Origin: Chiloscyllium plagiosum
Taxonomy: Eukaryota
Direction: 5' to 3'
DNA: 64,000 nt
NCBI RefSeq assembly: GCF_004010195.1
Contig: NC_057750.1
Span: 6,242,438-6,306,437, forward strand
The notes under the pieces were generated by a model. That model had not been told where the DNA came from and did no database searches. It saw only the letters and a program-made list of their open reading frames with translations. Below, in pieces: positions 33,851-46,447 of the stretch; the stretch's first letter is position 1; every line of letters begins with the position of its first letter. Made by a program: the position numbers and the translations under genes.

Positions 33851-35788
33851 TCTGTTGCTGTTAAACCAATTTGAAACCAGGGAAGATAAAAGCCACAGGG
33901 CAAATGATTGCCGGGAGTGCCACCACAACGAAGTAAAGATGACAGAATTAAAAAGCAGCAGCATTACTCACAAGCTAAACAGTTGCTTTGTTTCTCAGTC
34001 CTCAGTGAAGCTGCAAAGTAGCCTTTCTTAGCAGATCAACGAGCAAAACACCTCAGCTCTACAAGAAGTGCTGACATTGGAATGTATAATTATTATTCAT
34101 ATCATTATATGCTCAGTCACAGCTTCACAAAACAACTGATTAAATAGCAAGCAAGTTAGCACAATCTTGCAAACATCAACTTGCAAAATGCAGGCAAATT
34201 AAGGCATGTAAATCAGATGCAAAGAGATATTTACCGCATGTTTTAACAGCATCACCTTTTCTGCAAGGCTTCTCTTACGGAACTAGATTTTTTAAAAAAA
34301 CAAAATCACCTTTCCCTATCTACAGGCATTAATGTTTCCCCGAATAATCACTGTGCAGAAGCCTTGAAAAAAATATATTTGGAGATCTACACTGAATGTC
34401 CCACCTTCCACCGTCAACACACTCACTTACAGACAGCATTCTGTTTTGATTGGAAGAAAACAAATAAAAAAGAGAAAATGGGCGAGGCACTTGATAGCAC
34501 ACATCCCAACAGATGTTGAGGTAAACTTAAGTAAACAGGGAATTCCCCAAGGTGGGAGTTTAATCTCAGTGGGGTGTACACACAATTCAGAAGATACATC
34601 ATATTTTGTTGATGGGGACTGAAACACATACCAGCAAATTACGGAATAAGGTTATAAGGTATTGTAACCAGCTGCACAGAGACCATTGCCTTTGTGCGTC
34701 ATAATAGTATGTTTTTCCTGCAACACCAATACAATCCGAATGCAACGGACAGCCATGTAACAATTCATAATTCACAATCATGTTTGGCAATGAAGAAAAT
34801 TCCCATCCTGAGCTCCGAAGGACAAAAGAACTCACTCCACTCTCGGATGCTACTTCTATTTAGGTTAACCTGATGTGGACATTCCACAACAGGATCACAG
34901 GGAAAATGTCGATTATTACATTCTGAAGTAGGGTCACCAGATGAGAAACATTAACTGTGTATTCTCCCCATAGACGCTGCTGGACTTGCTGAGTTTCTCC
35001 GGTTTTGGTTTCACAGTTAATAAACCAGATTGCTTGGGGCTGCTCTAACGTTATGCCAATCAATGCTAGAAATCAGATTATCTGGTTATGTATGACATTG
35101 TTGTTTGTGGGAACTTTCTGCGAGCAAATTAACTGCTGCGTTTTATACATTACAACAGTTTTATACATTACAAAAGTTCTACGTTGGCTGCAAAGTGCTT
35201 TGAAATGGCAAGTGGTTACGAAAAGCGCTATATAAATGCAAATTTTTCTTTTTCACCTTAAGCAGCCTGGGGAACTTCAAGAAAAGCTGAAAACGTGTTG
35301 CTGGAAAAGCGCAGATCAGACAGTATCTAAGAAGCAGGAGAATCGATGTTTCGGGCATGAGCCCTTCTTCAGGCTCTTCTCACCACACTTTCAACCACTG
35401 AACCTGGTTCAATTGAACAGTGTTCATGTATTTAAGAGAAGCTGGACAAGTCCCTGAGACAGAAAGAAATATAGAGGTGCTGATGAAATGAGGATGGAGT
35501 GAGATAAAGACAGGAGGCAAAAGGCTTTTACTGAATTCAAATAAATTAAAGAACAGGTTGGGAAAGTTTGGACGTAGATCTACTACAACGCTATATGGTA
35601 AGGCAGGTTTCAGAGGTCACAGGGCTCACTGGTAGCTTCTAAGTATTCATAGTCACACCAGGATTGAACAGTAGGGCTGGATGGCCTGCTTCTATGCTGT
35701 ATCTTCTTTGCAATAATTTGGCCAACCTGTCTCTGTCTAGCTAGTGAAAAGCTCATTCGGAATCCTGTGCAAATACAATAGACTGAAT

Positions 35789-35999
35789 GATCTGGTGGCG
35801 CTGATGTTGGACTGGGGTGGACAAAGTTAAAAATCACAACACCAGGTTATAGCCAACAGGTTTATTTGGAAGCACCAGCTTTCAGAGCGCTGCTCCTTCA
35901 TCAGGTGGTTGTCACTTGATGAAGGAGCAATGCTCCGAAAGCTAGTGCTTTCGAATAAACCTGCTGAACTATAACCTGGTGTTGTGTGATTTTTAACTT
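35789..35999. mobile_element. PLE family A fold-back element with back-to-back hammerhead motifs and 12-bp TSD
   Basis: Minus cacCTGATGAaggagcagcgctctGAAAgctggtg and plus cacttgatgaaggagcaatgctccGAAAgctagtg; aatag(a/g)ctgaat at 35777-35788 and 36000-36011. Confidence 0.8.
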
Positions 36000-37239
36000 A
36001 ATAGGCTGAATAGCCTTCCTTTTTTTGAGCAAAAGGACTCATTCACAGTATGTGGACATCACTGTCCATGCCAGTATTCATTGCCTATCCCTCACTGCAG
36101 AGGGCAGTTGAGAGTCAACCGCATTGCTGTGGGGTTGGAGTCACATGTAGGCCAGACCAGGTAACGTTGGCAGTTTCCTTCTCTAAAGGACATTAGTGAA
36201 CTGTAGCAATTCTTGATTAACTCAACATTAACTGGATTTTCATACAGTACATTTCGTAAAGATGAAAACTTGCATTAGACTTCAGTTCATTAACCACAGT
36301 GATCCTCAAAAGGCACAAATCCACTTAATTTATTGTTTTGCATTATAACTTTACAAATTTTCAGCAGAGATTGTCTTTCCACATTGAATTTGGCAAAGAT
36401 TAACTGATGATGAATGAAATGTTTGTTTATTATCTGGGTGAACAGTTAAACTTAATCAAAGAAATGATCACAATTATTCAGCAGTTGGACAGAGGCAGAT
36501 AATGTGTCATGCATTTGGTATGAGATTACAAATTTAGTGAATAGATGTGCAATTAAATTAATTAGCACAATCTAATTTGCTCCCTAATTGTTTAATAAGC
36601 CTAAGGTGTTAAGTCAGTGAATCAATCTGTTAACTAACAGAATAATTATAGGTTAGATAAGGAGGACAAAAATAGAGTATTTGCTATTCACTTTCTCAAG
36701 TTTGTGCTACCATTTACAGTAAAATTCTCATTTTTGGACATCTCACAACCAGAATGCTCCCCACACCCTAATACAACTGCTCACATCACTAACTGGAAGA
36801 CGATCAGAGACTAACTGCATCCAGTGCTATCTAGTAACAGTGAGACACAGTCCTGATGAAGGCACAGTTTAAGGCATTGTTTAGATTTAGACCATTGTAC
36901 TTAATAGCCATCATGGGGAGATGGTTTGATCTCTTAGCCAGGAGGATGGTCAATATGGAGTCCCAGAAAGCAGCAGGTATTGCTGGTCATTCCTTCCAAA
37001 TATAGTTTTCTTCATTGACCAGCAATTCAATTTACTCGCACAATTGCTTGAAAATGCAGATTTTACTGAGTAAGATCTTTGATCTACATCACCTGCTGAA
37101 TCCCCACAGTCCCTAATTCGTACACAATCAAAAATTCTATCAATTTTAATCTTGAATATTTTCAAGAACTGATAATCCACAACATTACAGTAAAGAGAAT
37201 GCTAAAGATTTACAATACGCTGTGAAGAAATTTTATCCA

Positions 37240-37775
37240 AGTTAGAATAAATAAAACAGAAATAAATTAAAATAAAGCAAATAAAAATATTTTTAAAATG
37301 ATAAATATAAAATTCATGAAAAAATTAAAATGAACTAAAATTAATAGGACAAAAATAAATCAATGTAAAACAAAATACAGAATAAAATTAAATAAAATGT
37401 CCAAAAGGAAAAATATTACAGGACAAAGATAAAGCAAAATCTCAAGAATATTAAACAAAAAAGTATATAGTGTACAGAAACATAAAGAAAAATCAGATAT
37501 TAAAATGAAAACTTCTAACAGTACAAAAAACCATGAGGCAAAAACATTGAAAATAAAATTTTAAAAATACACTAACATCACAAGAGATCTAAAAGAAAAA
37601 CATTTTAAATAGACTTAAAATAGAAATAACATTTAAAAACTGAATACGAACATTAACAGACAGAAATGCAAAATTAATATTACAAATAAGTAAAAGCAAC
37701 CTAATAATTTTAAAAGCACAGAACTAAATAAATTGAAATGATAAAGTATGAAATAGTAAATATAAATAATAAATT
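37240..37775. repeat. Extremely A-rich low-complexity tract
   Basis: About 535 bp dominated by A runs (aataaaattaaataaaa...) with almost no G or C. Confidence 0.85.
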
Positions 37776-37868
37776 GCAAACGTGAGGTGTGTAACTGGTG
37801 ATGGGTTGTGTATTGGTTAGTTAGGCGCTAGTTAATGGATAACCTGTATTTTCTAGTCCGTCCCTGGG

Positions 37869-38368
37869 NNNNNNNNNNNNNNNNNNNNNNNNNNNNNNNN
37901 NNNNNNNNNNNNNNNNNNNNNNNNNNNNNNNNNNNNNNNNNNNNNNNNNNNNNNNNNNNNNNNNNNNNNNNNNNNNNNNNNNNNNNNNNNNNNNNNNNNN
38001 NNNNNNNNNNNNNNNNNNNNNNNNNNNNNNNNNNNNNNNNNNNNNNNNNNNNNNNNNNNNNNNNNNNNNNNNNNNNNNNNNNNNNNNNNNNNNNNNNNNN
38101 NNNNNNNNNNNNNNNNNNNNNNNNNNNNNNNNNNNNNNNNNNNNNNNNNNNNNNNNNNNNNNNNNNNNNNNNNNNNNNNNNNNNNNNNNNNNNNNNNNNN
38201 NNNNNNNNNNNNNNNNNNNNNNNNNNNNNNNNNNNNNNNNNNNNNNNNNNNNNNNNNNNNNNNNNNNNNNNNNNNNNNNNNNNNNNNNNNNNNNNNNNNN
38301 NNNNNNNNNNNNNNNNNNNNNNNNNNNNNNNNNNNNNNNNNNNNNNNNNNNNNNNNNNNNNNNNNNNN
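37869..38368. other. Assembly gap (500 N)
   Basis: Run of N. Confidence 1.
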
Positions 38369-38459
38369 CTGGTCTGGCCTACATGTGACTCCATACCCAC
38401 AGCAATAGGGTTGACTCTTAACCAGTCTCTGGGCAATTAGGGGTGGGATGGGTACCAGA

Positions 38460-39180
38460 GCTAGCCAGTGACACCCTCATCCAGTGAATGAATAAAGGGG
38501 GAAAAAATGTTGCAGGATTTTGACCCAGCGACACTGACGGAACGGCGATATATTTCCAAGTCGGGATGGTGAGTGGAGGGGAACTTGCAAGGAGGTGGTG
38601 TTCTCTGTATCTGCTGCTCGTGTCCTTCTAGATGGAAGTGGTCGTGGGTTTGGACAGTGCTGTCTAATAGCCTGGGTGAGTTGCTGCAGTGCATCTTGTA
38701 GATGGTACACACTGCTGCTACTGAGCGTCGGTGGATATAGTGTTACCATCACTGAATCCCTCACTATCAATATCCTGGGGGGTTACCATTGTGGCTACAA
38801 AAGCAGGTCAGATGCATGGAATATTGTGCGCCAAACTTCCCAAAGCCTGTCCCACCACCTGCAAGGCACAAGTCAGGAGTGCGATGCAATACTCCCCACA
38901 TGCCCCTGGATGGGGGCAGCTCCAACACTCAAGGTGCTCGTCACCATCCAGGATAAAGAAGCCCCCCGCTTGATTGGCACCACATCCCCTCCCTCCACCC
39001 CCTGACGCTCAGTAGCAGCAGTGTGTACCATCTACAAGACGCACTGCAGCAACTCACTAAAGATCCTCCGACAGCACCTTCCGAATCTACGGCCACTTCC
39101 ATCAAGAAGGACAAGGGACAGCAGATACATGGGAACACCACTCTCTGCAAGATCCCCTCCACTCACCATTCCGATTTGGA
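38460..39180. mobile_element. Two oppositely oriented fragments of an older CR1-clade LINE
   Basis: 38570-38730 is the reverse complement of 39003-39170. Confidence 0.75.
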
Positions 39181-39559
39181 GTTGGGGAGTCTCGGAGTTA
39201 GAGATAGAGAATATTTTGTCAGCCTTTTTAGGAGTGAGATTAGGAAACACTTCAATGCTCAGAGAGTGGTAGAGGTTTGGACCTGTTCCCTGCAAATAAT
39301 AACTGATACTTAATCGATTGTTAATTTAAAACCAAGACTGATAGATATTGTTATCCATAGGCCATAAGGCTTGGAGTTAGAGAACAGATTGGTCGTGAAG
39401 TTCGATAACAAATCAATCATGAAGTCATTGAGAGCCGGAATGATATTAAAGGGGCCGAATGGCCTGTTCGAGTCTCTCGATCCCAAATTCTTAATTGGCC
39501 AGAGGACAAACATCTAAACCTGATTGCAATGAAGGACAAGAATAAGACTTGCATTTCAA

Positions 39560-41445
39560 GATGTTGTGAGACTTCAAAGGGTTCAGAAAGGATTTACAAG
39601 GATGTTGCCAGGGTTGAAGGATTTGAGCTACAGGGAGAGGCTGAACAGGCTGGGGCTGTTTTCCCTGGAGGGTCAGAGGCTGAGGGGTGACCTTATAGAG
39701 GTTTATAAAATCATGAGGGGCGTGGAGAGGGTAATTAGACAAAGTCAATTCCCCAGGGTCAGGGAGTCCAGAACTAGAGGGCACAGGTTTAGGGTGAGAG
39801 GGGAAAGATTTAAAAGGGACCTAAGGGTCAACTTTTTCATGCAGAGGGGTGTGTGTGTATGGAATGAGCTGCCAGAGGAAGTGGTGGAGGCTGGTACAAT
39901 TACAACATTTAAGAGGCATCTGGATGGGTATATGAATAGGAAGGGTTTGGAGGGATATGGGCCAGGTGCTGGCAAATGGGACTAGATTAATTTAGGACAT
40001 TTTAGATTAGATTTCCTACAGTGTGGAAACAGGCCATTTGGCCCAACAAGTCCACACTGAACCCTCTGAAGAGTAACCCAAGCCCCGACATTTAACCCCG
40101 ACTAATGCACCTAACACTATGGGGCAATTTAGCATGGCCAATCCACCCTAATCTGCATATAAAGTCAGAGTCAGAGAGATGTACAGCATGGAAACAGACC
40201 CTTCGGTCCAACCCATCCATGCCGATCTGATATCCCAACCCAATCTAGTCCCACTGCCAGCACCCGGCCCGTATCCCTCCAAACCCTTCCTATTCATATA
40301 CCCATCCAAATGCCTCTTAAATGTTGTAATTGTACCAGCCTCCACCACATCCTCTGGCAGCTCATTCCATACACGCACCCCCCTCTGCATGAAAACGTTG
40401 CCCCTTAGGTCTCTTTTATATCTTTCCCCTCTCACACTAAACCTATGCCCTCTAGTTCTGGACTCCCCGACCCCAGGGAAAAGACTTTGCCTATTTACCC
40501 TATCCATGTCCTCATAATTTTGTAAACGTCTATAAAGTCACCCCTCAGCCTCTGACACTCCAGGGAAAACAGCCCCAGCCTGTTCAGCCTCTCCCTATAT
40601 CTCAAATCCTCCAACCCTGGCAACATCCTTGTAAATCTTTTCTGAATCCTTTCAAGTTTCACAACATCTTTCCGATAGGAAGGAGACCAGAATTGCATGC
40701 AATATTCCAACAGTGGCCTAACCAATGTCCTGTACAGCAGCAACATGACCTCCCAACTCCTGTACTCAGTACTCTGACCAATAAAGGAAAGTATACCAAA
40801 CGCCTTCTTCACTATCCTATCTACCTGCAACTCCACTTTCAAGGAGCTATGAACCTGCATTCCAAGGTCTCTTTGTTCAGCAACACTCCCTAGGACCTTA
40901 CCATTAAGTGTATAGGTCCTGCTAAGATTTGCTTTCCCAACATGCAGCACCTCACATTTATCTGAATTAAACTCCATCTGCCACTTCTCAGCCCATTGGC
41001 CCAGATCCTGGTCCAGATCCTGTTGTAACCTGAGGTAACCCTCTTCGCTGTCCACTACACCTCCAATTTTGGTGTCACCTGCAAACTTACTAACTGTACC
41101 TCTTATGCTCACATCCAAATCATTTATGTAAATGACAAAAAGAAGAGGACCTAGCACCGATCCTTGTGGCACTCCACTGGTCACAGGCCTCCAGTCTGAA
41201 AAACAACCCTGCACCACCACCCTCTGTCTTCTACCTTTGAGCCAGTTCCTAATCCAAATGGCTAGTTCTCCCTGTAATCTTTGAACTGTGGGAGGAAACC
41301 CATGCAGACACGGAGGGAACGTGCAAACTCCACACAGTCGCCTGAGGCTGGAATCGAACCTGTGAGGCAATAGCGCCAACTACTGAGCAACCTGCCCATC
41401 TGGTTGGGCTGAAGGGTCTGTTTCCGCGTTGTACGACTCCGTGAC
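39560..41445. mobile_element. Triple nest: plus CR1/HER1 LINE interrupted by a minus HE1 SINE (~39997-41393), itself interrupted by a minus CR1/HER1 LINE (~40160-41273)
   Basis: ORFs 39566..39985 (+) and 40495..41379 (-; [24 protein letters not shown]). The SINE resumes at 41274 and the host LINE tail resumes at ~41397. Confidence 0.88.
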
Positions 41446-42039
41446 TGGTGGCTGGTTTTACAGGCAATGACCTCACTGGGACAGAGCCTCACTGTTGTAG
41501 CCCGGCAACCAATTTGCGTGCAGCCAGCCCCCAAAGAGCAGCGATGAAGGAGTCGGCGAGGTAACATGCTGGTGGTCACGGGAGGAACACTGGATGCCAA
41601 GCACATCCTCCCCAACCTTCTTCAAGAATTCAGGGGATTGTTTTACATCCAACTGTAGACACACTTTAAGAAGGCGAGCAGAAGGTGTAATTAAAACCAT
41701 TTCCAAAATCACAGCTCAGCCATCTATCTCTCCCCAATTGACAAGGGTGACCAAATTTGTCCCTCCTCTCCTTCGCGTGTGACAGGGACTGATTGATAGT
41801 CACGCACAATTTTCTTTGTAGAAATAGCTCATCCATCAGCAAAGAGACCGGAAAAAGCTGCAATCACTCTCCTCTCCTTTATTCTTTCGCTGGCAAGGTC
41901 AGCATTTATTGCCCCTCGTTAATTGCCCCTGAAAGGGTTGGCCTCCCAGGGCCATTTCAGTGGCCAGTTTAAGTGTCAGTGACAGTGCTCTTGGTCTGAA
42001 GCCACATATTAAGCCAGACTTGGTAAGGATGGCAGATTG

Positions 42040-42620
42040 CTCCTTAGGTCGCTTTTAAATCTTTTCCCCCCCCTCACCCTAAACCTATGCCCTCTGGTTC
42101 TGGATTCCCCCACCCCATGGAAAAGACTTTGTCAATTTACCCTATCCATGCCCCTCATGATTTTATAAACTTCTATAGGGTCACCCTTCAGCCTCCAACA
42201 CTCCAGGGAAAACAGCCCCAGCCTATTCAGCCTCTCCCTGTAGCTCAAACCTACAACTATAACCTGTAACTCCAATCTCCATAATATCCTTATAATCCTT
42301 TCTCTTGCCATTTCCTGTTTAATACCATCCTTTCTACAGCACAGCGACCAGAAGTGTACACAGTACTCCAAATGTGGCTGCACCAAAGTCCTGTACAGCA
42401 GTAACATGACGTCCGAATTCCTGTACTCAATGCTGTGACCAATGAAGGCAAGTCCTGCCAAATGCTTTCTTCACTGCCCTGTCTCCCTATGATGCCACTT
42501 CCAAGGAACTATGTACCTGCACCTCCAGGACTCTCCGTTTGAAACACTTGCCAGGGTCCTCCCATTAACCATGTAAATCCTGCCCTGGTTTTTCTTACCT
42601 AAATGTAAAACCTCACATCA
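42040..42620 (-). mobile_element. CR1-like LINE fragments
   Basis: ORF 42132..42461 (LYRTLVQPHLEYCVHFWS). Confidence 0.8.
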
Positions 42621-42736
42621 TCCCGACAGAGTGGGAGCACGCCATTCAGCCCATTGAGTCTGCAGCGACCCTCCAAAGATCAGCTCAGCAGACCCACACA
42701 CCCTACCTTATCCCTGCACGTCCGGTGGTTAGTCAA

Positions 42737-43922
42737 CCTAACCTGCACATCCCTGGGCACTATGGGGCAATTTAGCACAGCCAATCCACCCTAACCTGCA
42801 CATCCCTGGGCACTATGGGGCAATTTAGCACAGCCAATCCACCCTAACCTGCACATCCCTGGGCACTATGGGGCAATTTAGCACAGCCAATCCACCCTAA
42901 CCTGCACATCCCTGGGCACTATGGGGCAATTTAGCACAGCCAATCCACCCTAACCTGCACATCCCTGGGCACTATGGGGCAATTTAGCACAGCCAATCCA
43001 CCCTAACCTGCACATCCCTGGGCACTATGGGGCAATTTAGCACAGCCAATCCACCCTAACCTGCACATCCCTGGGCACTATGGGGCAATTTAGCACAGCC
43101 AATCCACCCTAACCTGCACATCCCTGGGCACTATGGGGCAATTTAGCACAGCCAATCCACCCTAACCTGCACATCCCNNNNNNNNNNNNNNNNNNNNNNN
43201 NNNNNNNNNNNNNNNNNNNNNNNNNNNNNNNNNNNNNNNNNNNNNNNNNNNNNNNNNNNNNNNNNNNNNNNNNNNNNNNNNNNNNNNNNNNNNNNNNNNN
43301 NNNNNNNNNNNNNNNNNNNNNNNNNNNNNNNNNNNNNNNNNNNNNNNNNNNNNNNNNNNNNNNNNNNNNNNNNNNNNNNNNNNNNNNNNNNNNNNNNNNN
43401 NNNNNNNNNNNNNNNNNNNNNNNNNNNNNNNNNNNNNNNNNNNNNNNNNNNNNNNNNNNNNNNNNNNNNNNNNNNNNNNNNNNNNNNNNNNNNNNNNNNN
43501 NNNNNNNNNNNNNNNNNNNNNNNNNNNNNNNNNNNNNNNNNNNNNNNNNNNNNNNNNNNNNNNNNNNNNNNNNNNNNNNNNNNNNNNNNNNNNNNNNNNN
43601 NNNNNNNNNNNNNNNNNNNNNNNNNNNNNNNNNNNNNNNNNNNNNNNNNNNNNNNNNNNNNNNNNNNNNNNNNNNNNNNNNNNNNNNNNNNNNNNNNNNN
43701 NNNNNNNNNNNNNNNNNNNNNNNNNNNNNNNNNNNNNNNNNNNNNNNNNNNNNNNNNNNNNNNNNNNNNNNNNNNNNNNNNNNNNNNGCATGGCTAATCC
43801 ACCATAACCTGCACATCCCTGGATACTATGGGACAATTTAGCACGGCTAATCCACCATAACCTGCACATCCCTGGATACTATGGGGCAATTTAGCACGGC
43901 TCATCCACCCTAACCTGCACAT
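42737..43922. repeat. 53-bp tandem array inside an HE1-like SINE, spanning a gap
   Basis: Unit cctaacctgcacatccctgggcactatggggcaatttagcacagccaatccac; about 8 identical copies before the gap and about 2.5 variant copies after it. Confidence 0.95.
43178..43787. other. Assembly gap (610 N)
   Basis: Run of N within the 53-bp array. Confidence 1.
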
Positions 43923-43926
43923 GTAT

Positions 43927-44247
43927 GGCAGCACGGTGGCTCAGTGGTTAGCACTGCTGCCTCACAGCACCAGGGTCCCAGGTTTGATTCCCACCTCGGG
44001 CGACTATCTGTGTAGAGTTTGCACATTCTCCCTGTGTCTGCGTGGGTTTCCTCCGGGTGCTCCGGTTTCCTCCCACAATCCAAAGATGTGCAGGTCAGGT
44101 GAATTGGCCATGCTAAATTGCCCATAGTGTTAGGTGCATTAGTCAGAGGGAAATGGGTCTGGGTGGGTTACTCTTCGGAGGGTTGGTGTGGACTGGTTGG
44201 GCTGAAGGGCCTGTTTCCACACTGTAGGGAATCTAAAATCTAAAATC
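43927..44247 (+). mobile_element. Full-length HE1-like SINE nested in an antisense HE1 copy (host continues 44248-44445)
   Basis: ggcagcacggtggctcagtggttagc head, V-domain, tail gggcctgtttccacactgtagggaatctaaaatctaaa. Confidence 0.9.
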
Positions 44248-44724
44248 CCTGGACACTGTGGGGTAATTCAGTATGGCTACTTGACTTTAACCTGCACATC
44301 TTTGGACTGTGGGAGGAAACGGGAGCACCCGGAGGAAACCCACACAGACACGGGGAGAATGTACAAACTCCACACAGACAGTCACCCGAGGGTGGAATCG
44401 AACCCGGGTCTCTGGCGCTGGGAGGTAGCAGTGCTGACCACTGGCTAAATAGGCCGAGGAAACATCTGGCATTCCTCAGCCTATTGGCCCAGTTGATTAA
44501 GATTCCCGTTATAGTCTAAGGTAACCTTCTCAATACTGGTGTCATCCTCAAACGTACTAACCATGACTTGTATATTCTCATCGAAATCGTCCATATACTG
44601 GCTGCTGGAGACAGGTTCAAAAAGAATACAGACAAATACTCGAAAGGAGTTTTTAAAAAATTTCCTTCATGAGATATGAACATTGCTGGCCAATTATTTG
44701 AGACAGTTAAGTATCAACCATATT

Positions 44725-45031
44725 GTGGCTCAGTGCTTAGCACCGCTGCCTGACAGCGCCAGGCACCTGGGTTCGATTCCACCCTCGGGCGACTGTCTGT
44801 GTGGAGTTTGCACATTCTCCCTGTGTCTATGTGGGTTTCCTCTGGGTGCTCCGGTTTCCTCCCACAGTCCAAAGATGTGCAGGTCAGGTGAATTGGCCAC
44901 GCTAAATTGCCCGTAGTGTTAGGTAAAAAGGGGTACATGTAGGGGTATGGGTGGGTTGCGCTTTGGCGGGTCGGTGTGGACTTGTTGGGCCGAAGGGCCT
45001 GTTTCCACACTGTAAGTAATCTAATCTAATC
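44725..45031 (+). mobile_element. HE1-like SINE
   Basis: A and B boxes, V-domain, (taatc)n tail. Confidence 0.9.
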
Positions 45032-45727
45032 AGCGATTATGGATAGACTGGAGAAGTTGGAACTGTTCTCCTTTGAGTTTGAGAAGTGGAAGTGAGAAGC
45101 AGGAGAAAGCATAGAGGGATTAGGAGCAACAAATAGGAGCCAACATCCAGGAACATGTCAAAGTCTTTGAGAGGGGCAGGGGAGCTGGTGAGGGATAGAA
45201 AGGGGATTGGGACATGAGGCAGGGAGCATTGCCAAGATGCTAAATGAAGACATTGCAAATATCCTTATCAAGAGGGTGATGGACCCCAGGTCATGGTTAC
45301 AAAGCAAGAAGGTCTTGTAGAGTTGGAGAGTCATCCGGCACAGAAACAGATCCTTCGGCCCATCCAGTCCGTGCTGACCATAATCCCAAACTAAACTAAT
45401 TCCAACTGCCTGCTCCTGGCCCTTATCCCTCTATTTTCCTAACCCTTATCCAAATGTCTTTTCAATGTTTTAATTATGTCCACATCCACCACTTCCTCTG
45501 GAAGTTAATTCCACACATGAACCACTCTCTGTGTAAAACAAGTTGCCCTTATGTGCTTTTTAAATCTTTCCCCTCGCACCTTAAAAATATGCCGCCTCAT
45601 TTTGAATTCTTCCACTTTAGTGAAAAGATTTGCTTTTCACCTTATGTCTGCCCCTCATGATTTTATAAATATCATAAGGTCACCCCTCAGCCTCCTACGC
45701 TTCAGTGAAAAGCTTCCCAGTCTGCCC

Positions 45728-45960
45728 GGAAACAAACACAGAAATTGCTGGAAAAGCTCAGCAGGTCTGGCAGCATCTGCGGGAGAGAAATCAGAGTTAG
45801 CGTTTCAGGTCCGGTGACCCTCAGAACCCTGAGGAAGGATCACAGGACCCGAAACGTTAACTCTGATTTCTCTCCCGCAGATGCTGCCAGACCTGCTGAG
45901 CTTTTCCGGCAACTTCAGTTTTTGTTTCTAATGGACAGCATCCGCAGTTATTTCGATTTT
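45728..45960. mobile_element. PLE family C fold-back mini-element inserted in a minus-strand CR1 fragment (45325-46100)
   Basis: Arms gctggaaaagctcagcaggtctggcagcatctgcgggagagaaatcagagtt / aactctgatttctctcccgcagatgctgccagacctgctgagcttttcc; core CTGAGGA...cccGAAAcgtt at 45829-45858. Confidence 0.8.
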
Positions 45961-46447
45961 TATCCAGCCTCTCCTCATAACTCAAACTCTCCATTCCCAG
46001 CAACATCCTGGGAAATCTCTTCTGAACCCCCTCCAGTTTAATAAAATCCTTCCTACACAGTACTCAAGAAGAAGCCTCCCCAACGTCCTGTACAACCTCA
46101 AATTAGTCCTCGCTTTCTGCTCCCTTGCAGCCCTGAGGAATGCTTTGTTACTTGAAGAGAGTGATAAAACTCTGGGTCATTGGGCAACATATTGAACTCA
46201 AACTTAATTCATCTTTCTCGAGTGCTGTGTGTGAACTTATATCCAATCAGCAACTTGTTCCATGAGTAAAAATAACCATGCAAGATCAAATATCTCAACA
46301 CGCAAAGCGAGTGTGTACAATGCTCTTACTTAACTTGAGTACAGCAATGAATCTCTCTTATGGATTTTCCATGTTGCGTTTGGGTATTGTCATGGCAACA
46401 GTGGTAGAAAGCTCCATGACCTTTACCATGACTCCAACCACCCCATG

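Noticed and set aside
22240..37868. KLC promoter or CpG island
   Set aside because: No CpG-rich or clear core-promoter segment outside repeats; the TSS may be CpG-poor or hidden in the gap.
42737..43922. CRISPR-like appearance of the 53-bp and 69-bp arrays
   Set aside because: Units are head-to-tail with no unique spacers and no cas genes, in a eukaryotic context.
46386..46399. RFX X-box-like motif attgtcatggcaac
   Set aside because: Single imperfect motif with no promoter context; expected by chance in 64 kb.
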